Shown here in pieces: positions 51,501-61,768 of a stretch of 64,000 nt of DNA. The notes beneath the pieces are model-generated. The model saw only the letters and a program-made list of their open reading frames with translations. It was not told where the DNA came from and searched no databases. The stretch is from Paramoeba atlantica (taxonomy: Eukaryota; Protista; Discosea), in contig CDRNVI010000040.1 in NCBI GenBank assembly GCA_977017575.1, positions 372,001 to 436,000 on the forward strand, read 5' to 3'. Each line of letters opens with the position of its first letter. The stretch's first letter is position 1. A program made the position numbers and the translations under genes.

Positions 51501-52496
51501 ACATGGTTGTATGTTTTAGGATAGGCAGCTTCCGAGGGGGTGGGGGGTACCCCACTTAAATGGCCGGGTCAAAAATATGATTTGCGAATTCAAAACCTGT
51601 GACAATGGGTCAAAAATTACCCGTATTCCCAACAAGAGGATGTGTTTCGCTCAATAACAATGCGGCAACGTTTGCGAAACCTGTTCATCGTGTTAGTACA
51701 CTCTTGTTTGCGTTCATATCGTAATCGTTCGACTGTTGTCTCAATGGCCGACACTATACTCAATAGCCAACACTGTAATCCAGCTGTCCATCATCAGTCT
51801 TCTGGCCCCGGGCATAACGGCTCGAGCACTAATGATTTCCAACGAGTAGTAATTGATGTCAGGGAACGGGAAGTCATAAGCCATACCAGGTTCGTCGGGC
51901 CATTTCGCCTCAATCGCGCCAGCCCCATCATCCTTAAGAGAAATCTTTGAGAGTGGGACTCATCAGTTCAATAGGATCACGGGGGTTCGGGCTATCCTGG
52001 CGTCCCATCGGCCAAGTTTTTACAAAATTAGCAAACAATAGTTTTTTTAGCACAAAGTATACAAAAAGTGTATGTTAGATGTCATGCACAAGCAACTGAG
52101 GATTGGCGCCGCGAAGCGGCGGGAATTTTTTCCCACATGGGACTTTTTTCTCCACCGCAATCCTCGTTAACAGCGGATTATTGCCCATTTCTGCCATATT
52201 CTGCCGATCACCACAGACGCGTGCTCCCCCTCCCCTCTTATAATTACTTGTGATTTATAATTTTGTGCACCGAAAATATAATACATACTGAGCCCCCCCA
52301 CTTAATTGTCGTAGTCCCCCCCCCCACTTAACTGTCCTTTTTGGGGAGACTGGCAAGGGGGCGCCGCGAAGCGGCGCCGGTTTTTTTTTGGGGGGGGGGC
52401 TCAATTTTTTCCCTACGAACCTGATACATACAGTATATCAGGGCCCGACGTCAGTTTGTATTTATACAGTAAAAGTCACAATTCTGAGAATCACTA

Positions 52497-52625
52497 AAAA
52501 TGAGAATTGGGCTGTCAACGTGCAACTAGGAAAAATGAGAATGCAATTTTAAAAATGAGAATGCGTCTCTGAATGACCATGTCAACGTGCAACTCCATTT
52601 GAGCACCAAAAATGAGAATGGCCAA
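52497..52625 (+). repeat. Short dispersed direct repeats
   Basis: AAAAATGAGAAT occurs four times and TGTCAACGTGCAACT twice. Confidence 0.8.
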
Positions 52626-53322
52626 AAACGTTCCATATAACTTATGCACTTCTTCTTTATACCTAGCATTACCCCCCCTATCCTAGCGTTGCCTCGTTTG
52701 CCTTCAGTGGAAAGGGTACCGTTGCTGAGACTGGAAAAGAATTCATACGACTTGCAACGGCCCCGGTTCTTGGGTAAAGGGAGCCTTCGAATGATGTACC
52801 TGCTCATCGGCCCACATACGCTCCCGGTTTAACATACTCATTTAACATCCCCCCCCGGTATGTTTCAAATTATAGGTATGTTAAGTAGACTAGTGAAGAA
52901 ATAGAAAAGAAAATCACTTTCACTGTTAGAACCTGTGTCTGTTTTTTTGGGTATCTAAAGATGTGCCGCGCGTCGTGCTAAATGCTAAAATGTATCAAAA
53001 TACATCTAAAAACATAACTCAACTTCAACTGGAAGTGCGGGATAGGAAGCAGGAGGCGCAAGGAAAAAAGCAGAAGTCGGAGCCTTCTGTCTTTTTGACG
53101 CGGCGACGACGACTTCCTCGCGTGGGAAGCTGTAAGGAGTCCTAAGGAACATGTTTTTACTATGCAACCCAGGGTAAAGCGGACGATGGAGATACCAATA
53201 GTGTAGGTGCGGCAGTTTCTCACAGGAAAAACGGTATGCGATAAGAATCAGCTCAAATGAACATTTTACTGAAAAGTTAAGGGGGGGGTGCCTTATTGGT
53301 GCGGAGGGGTTTATAATAGAAG

Positions 53323-53585
53323 AAAAATTTATAAAAGGGGGCTCCGGTGGTCCAAAATTGAAAAACAAAATCAAAAAAATGGGGGGTCCAGGGGGGGGGC
53401 ATACGTCGCGAACTACCGCGCTACCCTCGATTATTGAAAAAAAGTGAACAAAAACAGTGAAAATATAAAGAGGAACACAGTAATATAACAGAAGCAAAAA
53501 TTATAAAAGGGGGCCCCGGTGGTCCAAAACTGAAAGTAAAAATTCAAAAAAATGGGGGTCCAGATGGGGGGGCATACGTCGCGAA
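53323..53585 (+). repeat. ~90-bp imperfect direct duplication
   Basis: TATAAAAGGGGGC(T/C)CCGGTGGTCCAAAA...AAAAAAATGGGGG..CCAG..GGGGGGCATACGTCGCGAA at 53323-53412 and 53496-53585. Confidence 0.85.
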
Positions 53586-54000
53586 ATTTTTTTTCGAATT
53601 TTTTGATTTTCAAAATCGAGCGCAGGGAAGTGGTAGAGTAGGCCGCGGCGATAATTTTCCACCCCCCCCCCTGGGGGTACCCCCCCTGGTACGCGCAGGA
53701 GGGGTCCGACAAGGTCAAAATTTCCGAAATTTTTGGGGTGACCGGAATTAATTTTTTTTTGACCAAAAAGAAAGTAAAAATATCATTTTTCCAAAATCGA
53801 CTCCTAAAACGTATTTTAAAAGTTTTGGACCTCAGCTACCATTCTGCGACGTTTTTATCGAGAGATTCGCCTCCTGCCCCTACTAGTGAGGCATCCAAAA
53901 CGGCCCAAATTCGGGTTGAAATTTCGCAATTTTTGCCGAAAAATCCAGCTTTTTCACCCAAGAAATAGATTATTCATGATCTTTTGGCCATTTTTCTTTT

Positions 54001-54101
54001 TTAGTCTCTTCGTTAAACGCGGTGGTAGTCTTCAACGCGAAGTGCACAGCATGAGTGACTTCTAAGTTGAAAACAACCACCGCGTTTAACGAAGAGACTA
54101 A
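54001..54101. repeat. Long inverted repeat / possible TA-flanked mini-MITE
   Basis: TTAGTCTCTTCGTTAAACGCGGTGGT (54001-54026) is perfectly inverted at 54076-54101 and extends inward with two mismatches. Confidence 0.9.
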
Positions 54102-54192
54102 TTATTACACTGACTATACTTACATATACATGGACATATCCTCGGGTACTGAATAGCACTTTCATTTTTCGGGCTCTATCAGGACGATCTCT

Positions 54193-55503
54193 ATGTATCG
54201 AAGAATATCAGTGAGTCACTTTCGACGTCAAAGCGTAGAGCGGTGTTCGATTCTACAGGATAGCGTGAGAGAAACTGTGTATTACCCGGCATGCGATCCC
54301 CCAAGTTACACACCTCTTACTCCTCTTCAACATTTGTTGGACCCCTCGAAATTCGCATGGTACAATGCCGTACCGGCTTGTTATAAAATTCTTCCTGAGA
54401 TTTCCAATGCAAAAGATGCTTTTATGCACCGTAAATGGGTGCAGTGTGATATCTCCTTGGAGGCCTCGCTGAGAATTATGGAAGGAGTCTTGAACCGTCA
54501 AGGCGTTACTGTGACGGCGCTTTGCCTGGGACGCCTACTTACCGCGATGCATCGGCAGCTACACAACGTTCAACCAGAGAGGTGGATATCATTGTGTTGT
54601 GAAATTTTCGAACGCTTGGAGCTTTTTGACGTGGTAAACAGTGCTGATTTTTTTCAAGCGACACCCTTCCTAAAACCTTTACTTGCGATAGCTCTTTTGG
54701 TACCAGGCGTCGTTTTCTCTTCTTACATGCAAGACTGCATTAAAAAAATATCTTCAAAGCCTGTTGATTATAAAAACGAAGTCGAGAAACCCTTTGAGTT
54801 CTACTTAGCTCTCAATCATCCTCATCAGAATATCAAGAGTACAGTGCTGAAGTTACAAGGACACAACGATGACGCCTCGAAATCGGGAACAGACGGAGCC
54901 GATGCCCTTCTACACATAAATCCGTTGCACGTGTGTGGCGTTTTACTGGAAGAACTAAATGTTAATAACTCAATACGAATGATTTGGCAACCGCAATCTC
55001 TATCGGCAGAGCAGAATATGATTTTGAGATTGCTACATTCTTGGATCCATAGATTGTATACTTCTGCAGAAAAAAACACTTTAAAGTGCACTTCTGGAGA
55101 ATATATTACCATTTGCCTCTCCGTACCAAAGTGTCCCCTTGAAATTCTCCAGCACGCGCTTAAATTATCAAAAGGTATGATGCCCCCTTGCAATTCGAAT
55201 ACAACGTGCTCAGGATCAGGGTTGCGTCATACTGATTCGGATCCGCATGCTCATCTCTTGTTAACATCATTGTGCTTGCGCAGGCTTGCATATCATTATC
55301 AATTTAACTATGTATATCTCACCGGATTATTCACTACTTCGGCTTCGCACCTAGAAAAGTGGGTAGCAAACGTGCCGAATTTATGTACAGAGGAAAGAAA
55401 CAATTTTGTGAATCATGTAGTTAGAAGACATCACATCAGACTACTCGAGGAACTTGGCCAAGAAAAAGAAGCTCAGGCCTTGAAGCGAAAATACAACTTG
55501 TGA
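54193..55503 (+). CDS. Hypothetical helical protein, possibly mitochondrial
   Basis: 436-aa ATG-started ORF with Arg/Ser-rich N-terminus. Confidence 0.65.
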   Translation: MYRRISVSHFRRQSVERCSILQDSVRETVYYPACDPPSYTPLTPLQHLLDPSKFAWYNAVPACYKILPEISNAKDAFMHRKWVQCDISLEASLRIMEGVLNRQGVTVTALCLGRLLTAMHRQLHNVQPERWISLCCEIFERLELFDVVNSADFFQATPFLKPLLAIALLVPGVVFSSYMQDCIKKISSKPVDYKNEVEKPFEFYLALNHPHQNIKSTVLKLQGHNDDASKSGTDGADALLHINPLHVCGVLLEELNVNNSIRMIWQPQSLSAEQNMILRLLHSWIHRLYTSAEKNTLKCTSGEYITICLSVPKCPLEILQHALKLSKGMMPPCNSNTTCSGSGLRHTDSDPHAHLLLTSLCLRRLAYHYQFNYVYLTGLFTTSASHLEKWVANVPNLCTEERNNFVNHVVRRHHIRLLEELGQEKEAQALKRKYNL

Positions 55504-55812
55504 TTTTTTTTACACGAAAATATGGCGGTGGGGGGGTTCAAAATTCGTAAAGCTTGGCCAATTTCGGAAAGTAGCACCGCATTCGAGAGCTCTCACAGAG
55601 TTACGTGTCATCAAGGAATGTGTTTCCAGTGTTTCAATTTTCTTGCATTTTTTAGGCAGAAAAATAAGTTTTTGAAATTTGTAATTTTCTGGAGTTTCAG
55701 CGATATTTCCGGTCAGATTGAACCAATATTGCCGAATTTTTAATATCACATTGTACCCTGCGAAAACAGATATTACGCGAGACCTTTCACCAATATAACA
55801 TGTATGTCATCA

Positions 55813-56786
55813 CTAGCACAGTAGTACATCCTTACAATACACTTGAATATCCTGTAGAATTTGTATCAAAGGAGTCTTTTCATGCACTCGGAGGGAACCA
55901 TTGCACTTTTGGCCTATGGCTCCTAAGCGCATCTCTCGAGTGTCATCTGACCTCCCCAAGCTGCCCCCCTCGCTCACCAAACGTCTCTTAAGCATTGAAT
56001 TGGCTCCCTCAACTGTATTTGTATGCACCCCTTCGTCGGTCACCCACTCGTCTTTGTGTTTAACACTCTCCCATCGGTACTTCCCAGCCAGACCTGTGTT
56101 ATGTGGTGCCCCATCTGTCCAGATCCTCGTGCGGGACCCTCGCGTCATTTCTTCAATTAAAGGGAGCAGGGTAGTACTTTTCTTGTCAGGAACTGGTGTT
56201 ACATAGATATTCTGCAGTTTTCCAACCCGTGTCGTCCTCACACAGTGTTTGAGCTACAGTGGTTCCCGACTGACGCACTCACCGATTTCGGTTAGGCCCA
56301 CCAATTTTTACTTTCGAAAGAAACGTTTCATCGACCTGCATATAGTCAAGTTGTCCTTGCGCGACTTGTCGTCGGTGCTGGTGAGCACAAGAAACAATTT
56401 CATCGAGGCTTTGGCGCAGTTTACACGCTGTGCGCTCAGAAATTTTGCCAAACCATACCTTTGCCCTTCATTGAACGAGCGTAACAGATCAGTGCAAGAA
56501 CTATCTGTACAGGAGAGATTTGAGATTTGGAAGAAAGGAGGGGTGCCTCGAGGGAGTAGCGCGCCCGGCATGTGTGTACGGGGCATACCCAATGCCCGTT
56601 TCGCATGACACATGTGCGTGAATGTCCTCGTTCGCAGCTCACACGTTGGGCAACAAGCTTGTGCAATTTCAGCCACTGAATGCACTGCAGTGCATCCCAC
56701 TTCCCGACTTCGCTTAATGGTAGTCCTGCAGCGCACTCCATATCGTCACAGCCACCGCAGATTAGGTCTTCGCTGGGCTCAGTCAT
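55813..56786 (-). pseudogene. Degenerate Merlin (IS1595/ISXO2-like) transposase
   Basis: N-terminal Zn-ribbon cysteines, MQVDETFLSK (56324-56338, in a frame absent from the ORF track), IWTDG and GVHTNTVEGANSMLKRRL. Two frameshifts and one TGA (56279-56281). Confidence 0.88.
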
Positions 56787-57669
56787 GAAAAAGAGAGCGT
56801 AGTGGTATGAAAAAGAATGTAATCAATATCGGAACTCATAGAAAAACATTATCCTACCTTCACTGATGATTTTTACAAGAATCCAAAGGAAGATGTTTTT
56901 GTTTCGAAAAAAAGTGGCAAAAAAAAAATTGGTTCAATTCCACCATATTTCCTTGTGTGTTTGTCCTCTACTTTTTTCCTTTCCTCCTCGATATGCAACA
57001 CAAACAACAGTAGTCTTACAACAAGGGTGTACAGGTCCTGAGTTGGCTTTGCTATAGCCCTTGCGGGCAGATTACTGGCGGGCGTGATGAGAGTGGGTGG
57101 GCGGGCGTGAATAGCGTAGTTACGGGATTGGCTGGACTGAAAATCGACGCACTCATGAGTAAAAGCGGTATTCGCTCAACAAAAAAGCATCCGCCCAGTA
57201 AGAGAGATTCGGTCGTTTGGGCTCAAAACCGATTCTATTATTGGGAGGTGTACGATAATATTTGCTATCAAATGTGAGAACAATACGCTTTTCACAGCAC
57301 GCAAGCAGTAGATTGATTTCAAGTTGAAATTTTTAACATGTAAAGTTTTGAACAAATGTAATGGAAGTAAATTGTGGGCGCTCATACCCACACTACCCCG
57401 CTGTATGAAGGCTTAGATTAGTCCCAACATTATTTTATAGACCGCCAACATTGTTGATAAAAAATAACTAAGATGCTTGACAAGGATGGATGTCTAGCCG
57501 ATTTACATCGACCTTTTTGGTTTGGATTGGAGGGATGTCTTCGTGTTTTTTTTGGCAAAAAGGCACACACTCTACGAATGCGGTAAGGATTCGCATGCAA
57601 CCATATACAAGAGCGTGTCTTAATTTAAACTTTAAATTTTAAAGCCTACACTGTATTCTCATATCCTTC

Positions 57670-60600
57670 ATGTTGCACTCCCTTGGATGCGCTCGCTTCA
57701 CAAAATCGTATCGGACAGCGAGATCTCTCTTCCTTTATCGGGTATCGTCCCTACATACTAAGCTGCCATCAGCAACAGAGTCCTGTGACAGCAAAAAAGA
57801 AGCATCCATTAATTTGGCCACCGCTTCTGTGAACGCTCCATCTCCACACACTTTTTCAGTGGCCTATCGATGTCTGAAGAGTTGTTTTGCGCAGCATGAC
57901 ACGAAAATATATTTGAGCCTTGAAATTACTTCGTTGAGAAATAAAGTCGCATACAAAGTATATGATGGCGCAAAAAAGGACACAAACCTCCTTAGTGCCG
58001 TGATTCCTTCTAAAGGGTTGTCACACAGGGAATCTGTCGAGCTTGCATATCTTGGTGCGTTACGTTTTCGATTTCCTGAACATTACGCTTCTTTGATAAA
58101 AAGTGTTTCATCGCTTGCTTTAGTTAATATATGGAAACCTGTTATACTCTATTTGCTTCTACGTAAGAGAACCTTCCAAATGTCCTTACGATCTCTGGTT
58201 AGTCGGTTGGCTTTTGTTACTGAGCAGATTCAAAAGAACAAGGAAAGTGATACGTTCACGGTAATTTTAACTCTACACGCCCAGCAGAAGCGCGAATTGA
58301 AGTACACAATGTCTGAATTGAGTTTATGCAAATACCATGTCTACGTAAAAGCATTGGAAATGATTGATTCAGACATTCGCCAAGAATGGGACCGAATCTT
58401 GTGCAGCCTTCTTAATTTTACTAAGCGAGTCTCAACGAAGAATTTCGCTAGAGTGCTGCCTAGAAAAGTTGGATGCTCAGTTGTGCTCAAAACTCAAAAG
58501 CTCAGTAACAGTGATCAATGGACTGCTTCATACCTGGTAAAGTGTTCGAAAAGTGAGCACAAAAGTAAGATTTTAGAATCCGGTGACTTGAAATCGCATC
58601 TGCAAACAAGTGCTTCAAACAAATTTATTGCATGTCTGCAGCTCTTGAAGTTACTTTACTCAGAAATGGGAAACGTCTTTGCCGTTGAAAGGCTAACTGG
58701 ATTGATAGAGAAATGCAACAAACTTATATGCTCTGACTTTGAAACCACAAAAATAATGCTGGAAAAATGTGGTGTCATTTTCAAGGAAGCACAAATTAGC
58801 ATTGCTTTCTGCACTCTCACTTTTTGGAGTTTTATGAAAGGCCGAAACACTCTTTCTCTGTGGATAGGAACAGACTCAAGTAAAACTTTTATGCGCGGCG
58901 CCGCAGAGGTAATACAGCTTCAGTTTAAATCGGAAACATTTTTATCTACACAGGAAGATAACAGTGAACTAAACGCTATTAGCGCATCGAGAAACGACGA
59001 TTCGTGCTTAAAAGGCGATTATGAAGCTCAATCATTTTCAATCCTTAGTCAGTTGAAATCCCAGCTAAAGCATGAAGTTTCTGTGTCATATGATTCCGCT
59101 CTTCCAAGCGGCAGTACGGACGCTCAAAATACTCCCAACATAAATATCCCTCAACGTTGTAAAGTCACTTTGAAGGACATTGATGCCAAAACTTATTACG
59201 AAGTTGAAAGCGAGCATTCCGCCCATCGACTGACACTCACTTTGCTCTCGAAGGCCTATATGAACACAGTTAAATCCCCATCAAATTCGGGCACCAACTT
59301 TTTGTTAACACCATGGATTTTGCCACCAGTGCGTTGCGATAAAACTTTTAAAGTATTGGTAGAAGGTCTAATTTGGCGAATTTATGGTATACGTTTCGAA
59401 ATCGTGGTAAATTTCGCACTGGATAGGCCTGGATATGAAGGTTTCGCCGTCCTGAATGCAGAAAAACATGTGCCTGATAATGCTGCAAAGGCAACGGATC
59501 GCTACATTACGCTAAAATCCACTTCTGCACTTACAGCTACTATGTTAAATCCGCTGCATTGTCTTGCCCGCGAGCACGGACTCAGTCATGAACAGTGCGT
59601 AAACAAAGTATATGCAGCTCTGATTCGAGAACTTCTTCCTGAATTAACCAAGGATGGTTGGTTCTCTGCTATTATTTCAAATTACGATTCTCATAGCTTT
59701 CTGCCTAAGCCGAGTTCATCCTGTATGTTGCAAACATTAAGAGATTCTTTTGCCACATGCTTAGGGGAACCAATTACTGAATTTTATTGTGAATCAGAAA
59801 AGAATGTCAAATTATGTAAAGGGAACGACCAACTTTCGCAGAGCTCCTACCATGGTGCGCTAGCCTCACTATTGCGCCAATATCGTCAACTCTTGAAACA
59901 TCCAGATTTTTCTTCAATGCAGCAACGCATCATCGCCGCAGAAGCAACGTTATTGAAGGGCAACGTAACACGTTTTCATGCGGGTGAACTTTATTTTATG
60001 AAACACGTGGTGAAAAACGAACTTGGAATGGAATTATGGGTCAAACGAAAATATGATACAAGTATTCGCCTGTGGTGCGTTCAAATTACGTTGTTTGGCC
60101 AAAATAATCATAGCCACGAGCTTCCTCCAGTCTACGCGAAAAAACGGCGAATAGCGACCACGTATGCATTGATGGATTTTTGTCGGTCTTGTTTCATGCA
60201 ATGGTTTGAGCGACGTTGCGAAACATTTTTTGATATACGTGGCATACCGTTAAATTTCATTAGATTTCAGAACGCATATGATCCTTCCTCTATTTTACAC
60301 ATTTGGCCCAAGCCGAAAGTTTCCTGTACACTTTCGATTGTATTAGAAATTTTTGCCCGATTTGTGCAGCAATCTGTTTCATTTAAACTTACGCAAGATA
60401 CTGAAGGTGGAGAATATACAGCACAAATTACCGCGATACCGCACACTGATAAAAAGTGCGATTTGCTGACTAATTCAACGACAAACAATTGTTTGCTTCA
60501 TGCGAAGGGCCCAAGTCCGATTAGTTGCTTGATACAACTTTTCGAAAAGGTAGCAGATCCCAATAGTGAGCTCTCAGAACACATGAGGCACGAAATAAGG

Positions 60601-61494
60601 ACGAGACTGCAGATCTCATCAGAATTTTGTAACATAGGGGCTCTTAGACACATGATGCTTTACCATTTCGGATGTGATATCGGTTTAAAAGTGAAATCTA
60701 GTAGGCACTCTGATTCTGTATTGCATATTTATATATGTGGCTCTGATGGATGCTTTGGTTTGGGTCACGAGCGGGGAAATTCACTTGGACAAACCCTGCG
60801 TACTTTAACACTTAGAATGGCAAAGAATCACATGGCTAGGTTTTTCTACATGTTTTCTTCTACTTGTTCCGTTCACTGGCCAAATTATCCGTCTATGGAA
60901 ATTCCATCCTCGGACAGGGTAAATACTTTGCAGCTTATGCGTGAGGCAACCGCTAGTGGATACGGTTATACGCTAAAGGAATCAATCAGTCGTATGAAAG
61001 GAAGCTTTGTCCGTGTAACCCTACGTAGAGAGAATGGTGCAAAAATGTTTTCACATTCGAGTCGTTCTTTGCCAATGAGTCTGATGCACTCATACGGCGC
61101 CCTTCTAAAACGAAACAGGGCGGCAATGAAATGTTTCCAAGATCTTGAAAAAAACCATTGTTATTCGCCAAGTTCTGTGAAAGACAATGATGTCGAGCTT
61201 TTACGATATATCGTACGCTATGAATTAGGACTAGATTTAGACACGGTAAAAAAGACTGATAGTAGTAAAGAATCAAGTCGTCACCGAGTCCTCCTCTTTG
61301 CTCGAAACGAAACCAATAATGAGAAGTTATGTTTGTCAATAAGCTTTCATTCGTTCGACAGCGTTGTGGCTGAAAAAATGGCTGCAATCGCTGCCATTAA
61401 TTTTCACTTTCCTTTCTATTTTTTTAGGCACAAGTTGCGTATTCCTCGCACAGCACATGTATTCGGCCCATTGAATAGCCTGAACAAAAGTTGA
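57670..61494 (+). CDS. Large hypothetical protein, probable mitochondrial presequence, tandem alpha-beta-beta-beta-alpha (dsRBD-like) units
   Basis: 1274-aa ATG-started ORF with recurring ~70-100-aa units ending in amphipathic helices (e.g. YAKKRRIATTYALMDF, VAEKMAAIAAINF). Confidence 0.7.
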   Translation: MLHSLGCARFTKSYRTARSLFLYRVSSLHTKLPSATESCDSKKEASINLATASVNAPSPHTFSVAYRCLKSCFAQHDTKIYLSLEITSLRNKVAYKVYDGAKKDTNLLSAVIPSKGLSHRESVELAYLGALRFRFPEHYASLIKSVSSLALVNIWKPVILYLLLRKRTFQMSLRSLVSRLAFVTEQIQKNKESDTFTVILTLHAQQKRELKYTMSELSLCKYHVYVKALEMIDSDIRQEWDRILCSLLNFTKRVSTKNFARVLPRKVGCSVVLKTQKLSNSDQWTASYLVKCSKSEHKSKILESGDLKSHLQTSASNKFIACLQLLKLLYSEMGNVFAVERLTGLIEKCNKLICSDFETTKIMLEKCGVIFKEAQISIAFCTLTFWSFMKGRNTLSLWIGTDSSKTFMRGAAEVIQLQFKSETFLSTQEDNSELNAISASRNDDSCLKGDYEAQSFSILSQLKSQLKHEVSVSYDSALPSGSTDAQNTPNINIPQRCKVTLKDIDAKTYYEVESEHSAHRLTLTLLSKAYMNTVKSPSNSGTNFLLTPWILPPVRCDKTFKVLVEGLIWRIYGIRFEIVVNFALDRPGYEGFAVLNAEKHVPDNAAKATDRYITLKSTSALTATMLNPLHCLAREHGLSHEQCVNKVYAALIRELLPELTKDGWFSAIISNYDSHSFLPKPSSSCMLQTLRDSFATCLGEPITEFYCESEKNVKLCKGNDQLSQSSYHGALASLLRQYRQLLKHPDFSSMQQRIIAAEATLLKGNVTRFHAGELYFMKHVVKNELGMELWVKRKYDTSIRLWCVQITLFGQNNHSHELPPVYAKKRRIATTYALMDFCRSCFMQWFERRCETFFDIRGIPLNFIRFQNAYDPSSILHIWPKPKVSCTLSIVLEIFARFVQQSVSFKLTQDTEGGEYTAQITAIPHTDKKCDLLTNSTTNNCLLHAKGPSPISCLIQLFEKVADPNSELSEHMRHEIRTRLQISSEFCNIGALRHMMLYHFGCDIGLKVKSSRHSDSVLHIYICGSDGCFGLGHERGNSLGQTLRTLTLRMAKNHMARFFYMFSSTCSVHWPNYPSMEIPSSDRVNTLQLMREATASGYGYTLKESISRMKGSFVRVTLRRENGAKMFSHSSRSLPMSLMHSYGALLKRNRAAMKCFQDLEKNHCYSPSSVKDNDVELLRYIVRYELGLDLDTVKKTDSSKESSRHRVLLFARNETNNEKLCLSISFHSFDSVVAEKMAAIAAINFHFPFYFFRHKLRIPRTAHVFGPLNSLNKS

Positions 61495-61655
61495 ATGATC
61501 ACAATTGTCATTTCAGGCACCCCTACCCTTCACAAAAAATAAAGTTACAGGTAATGTCGGTGTGGTAGCTGCTTCGTAAAAAAGCGGTGGTTGTTGGTAA
61601 ACCGGCTTCGCAAATGGCTTCCCACTAACGGCGTCGCGTATGGCTGAAAATATAA

Positions 61656-61722
61656 CTGCCGGGAGTCGAACCTGTGACCACCTGATTATGAACGGCAGGT
61701 CTTAACAACTGGACTACCTGGG
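61656..61722 (-). pseudogene. Degenerate tRNA-like sequence (Met CAT-like anticodon loop)
   Basis: The reverse strand reads CCCAGGTAGTCCAGTTGTTAAGACCTGCCGTTCATAATCAGGTGGTCACAGGTTCGACTCCCGGCAG: A-box-like D arm, TTCATAA loop, GGTTCGACTCC B box. Acceptor and T stems do not pair properly. Confidence 0.55.
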
Positions 61723-61768
61723 TTCGAGTCCCCGGGACCTACAACCGGGACCTACGTTTTTAGGCACC

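Noticed and set aside
46400-54190. Strand-switch region of a second polycistronic unit
   Set aside because: All - strand coding signals here belong to mobile elements, and host genes resume on the + strand at 54193.
55813-56786. Bacterial IS1595 contamination
   Set aside because: It is embedded between eukaryotic + strand genes and shares repeat sequence with other islands in this window, so it fits the eukaryotic Merlin family.
57084-57140. Box C/D snoRNA (GTGATGA...CTGA)
   Set aside because: No terminal stem, no convincing C'/D' boxes and no guide complementarity that I could identify. Such box pairs occur by chance.
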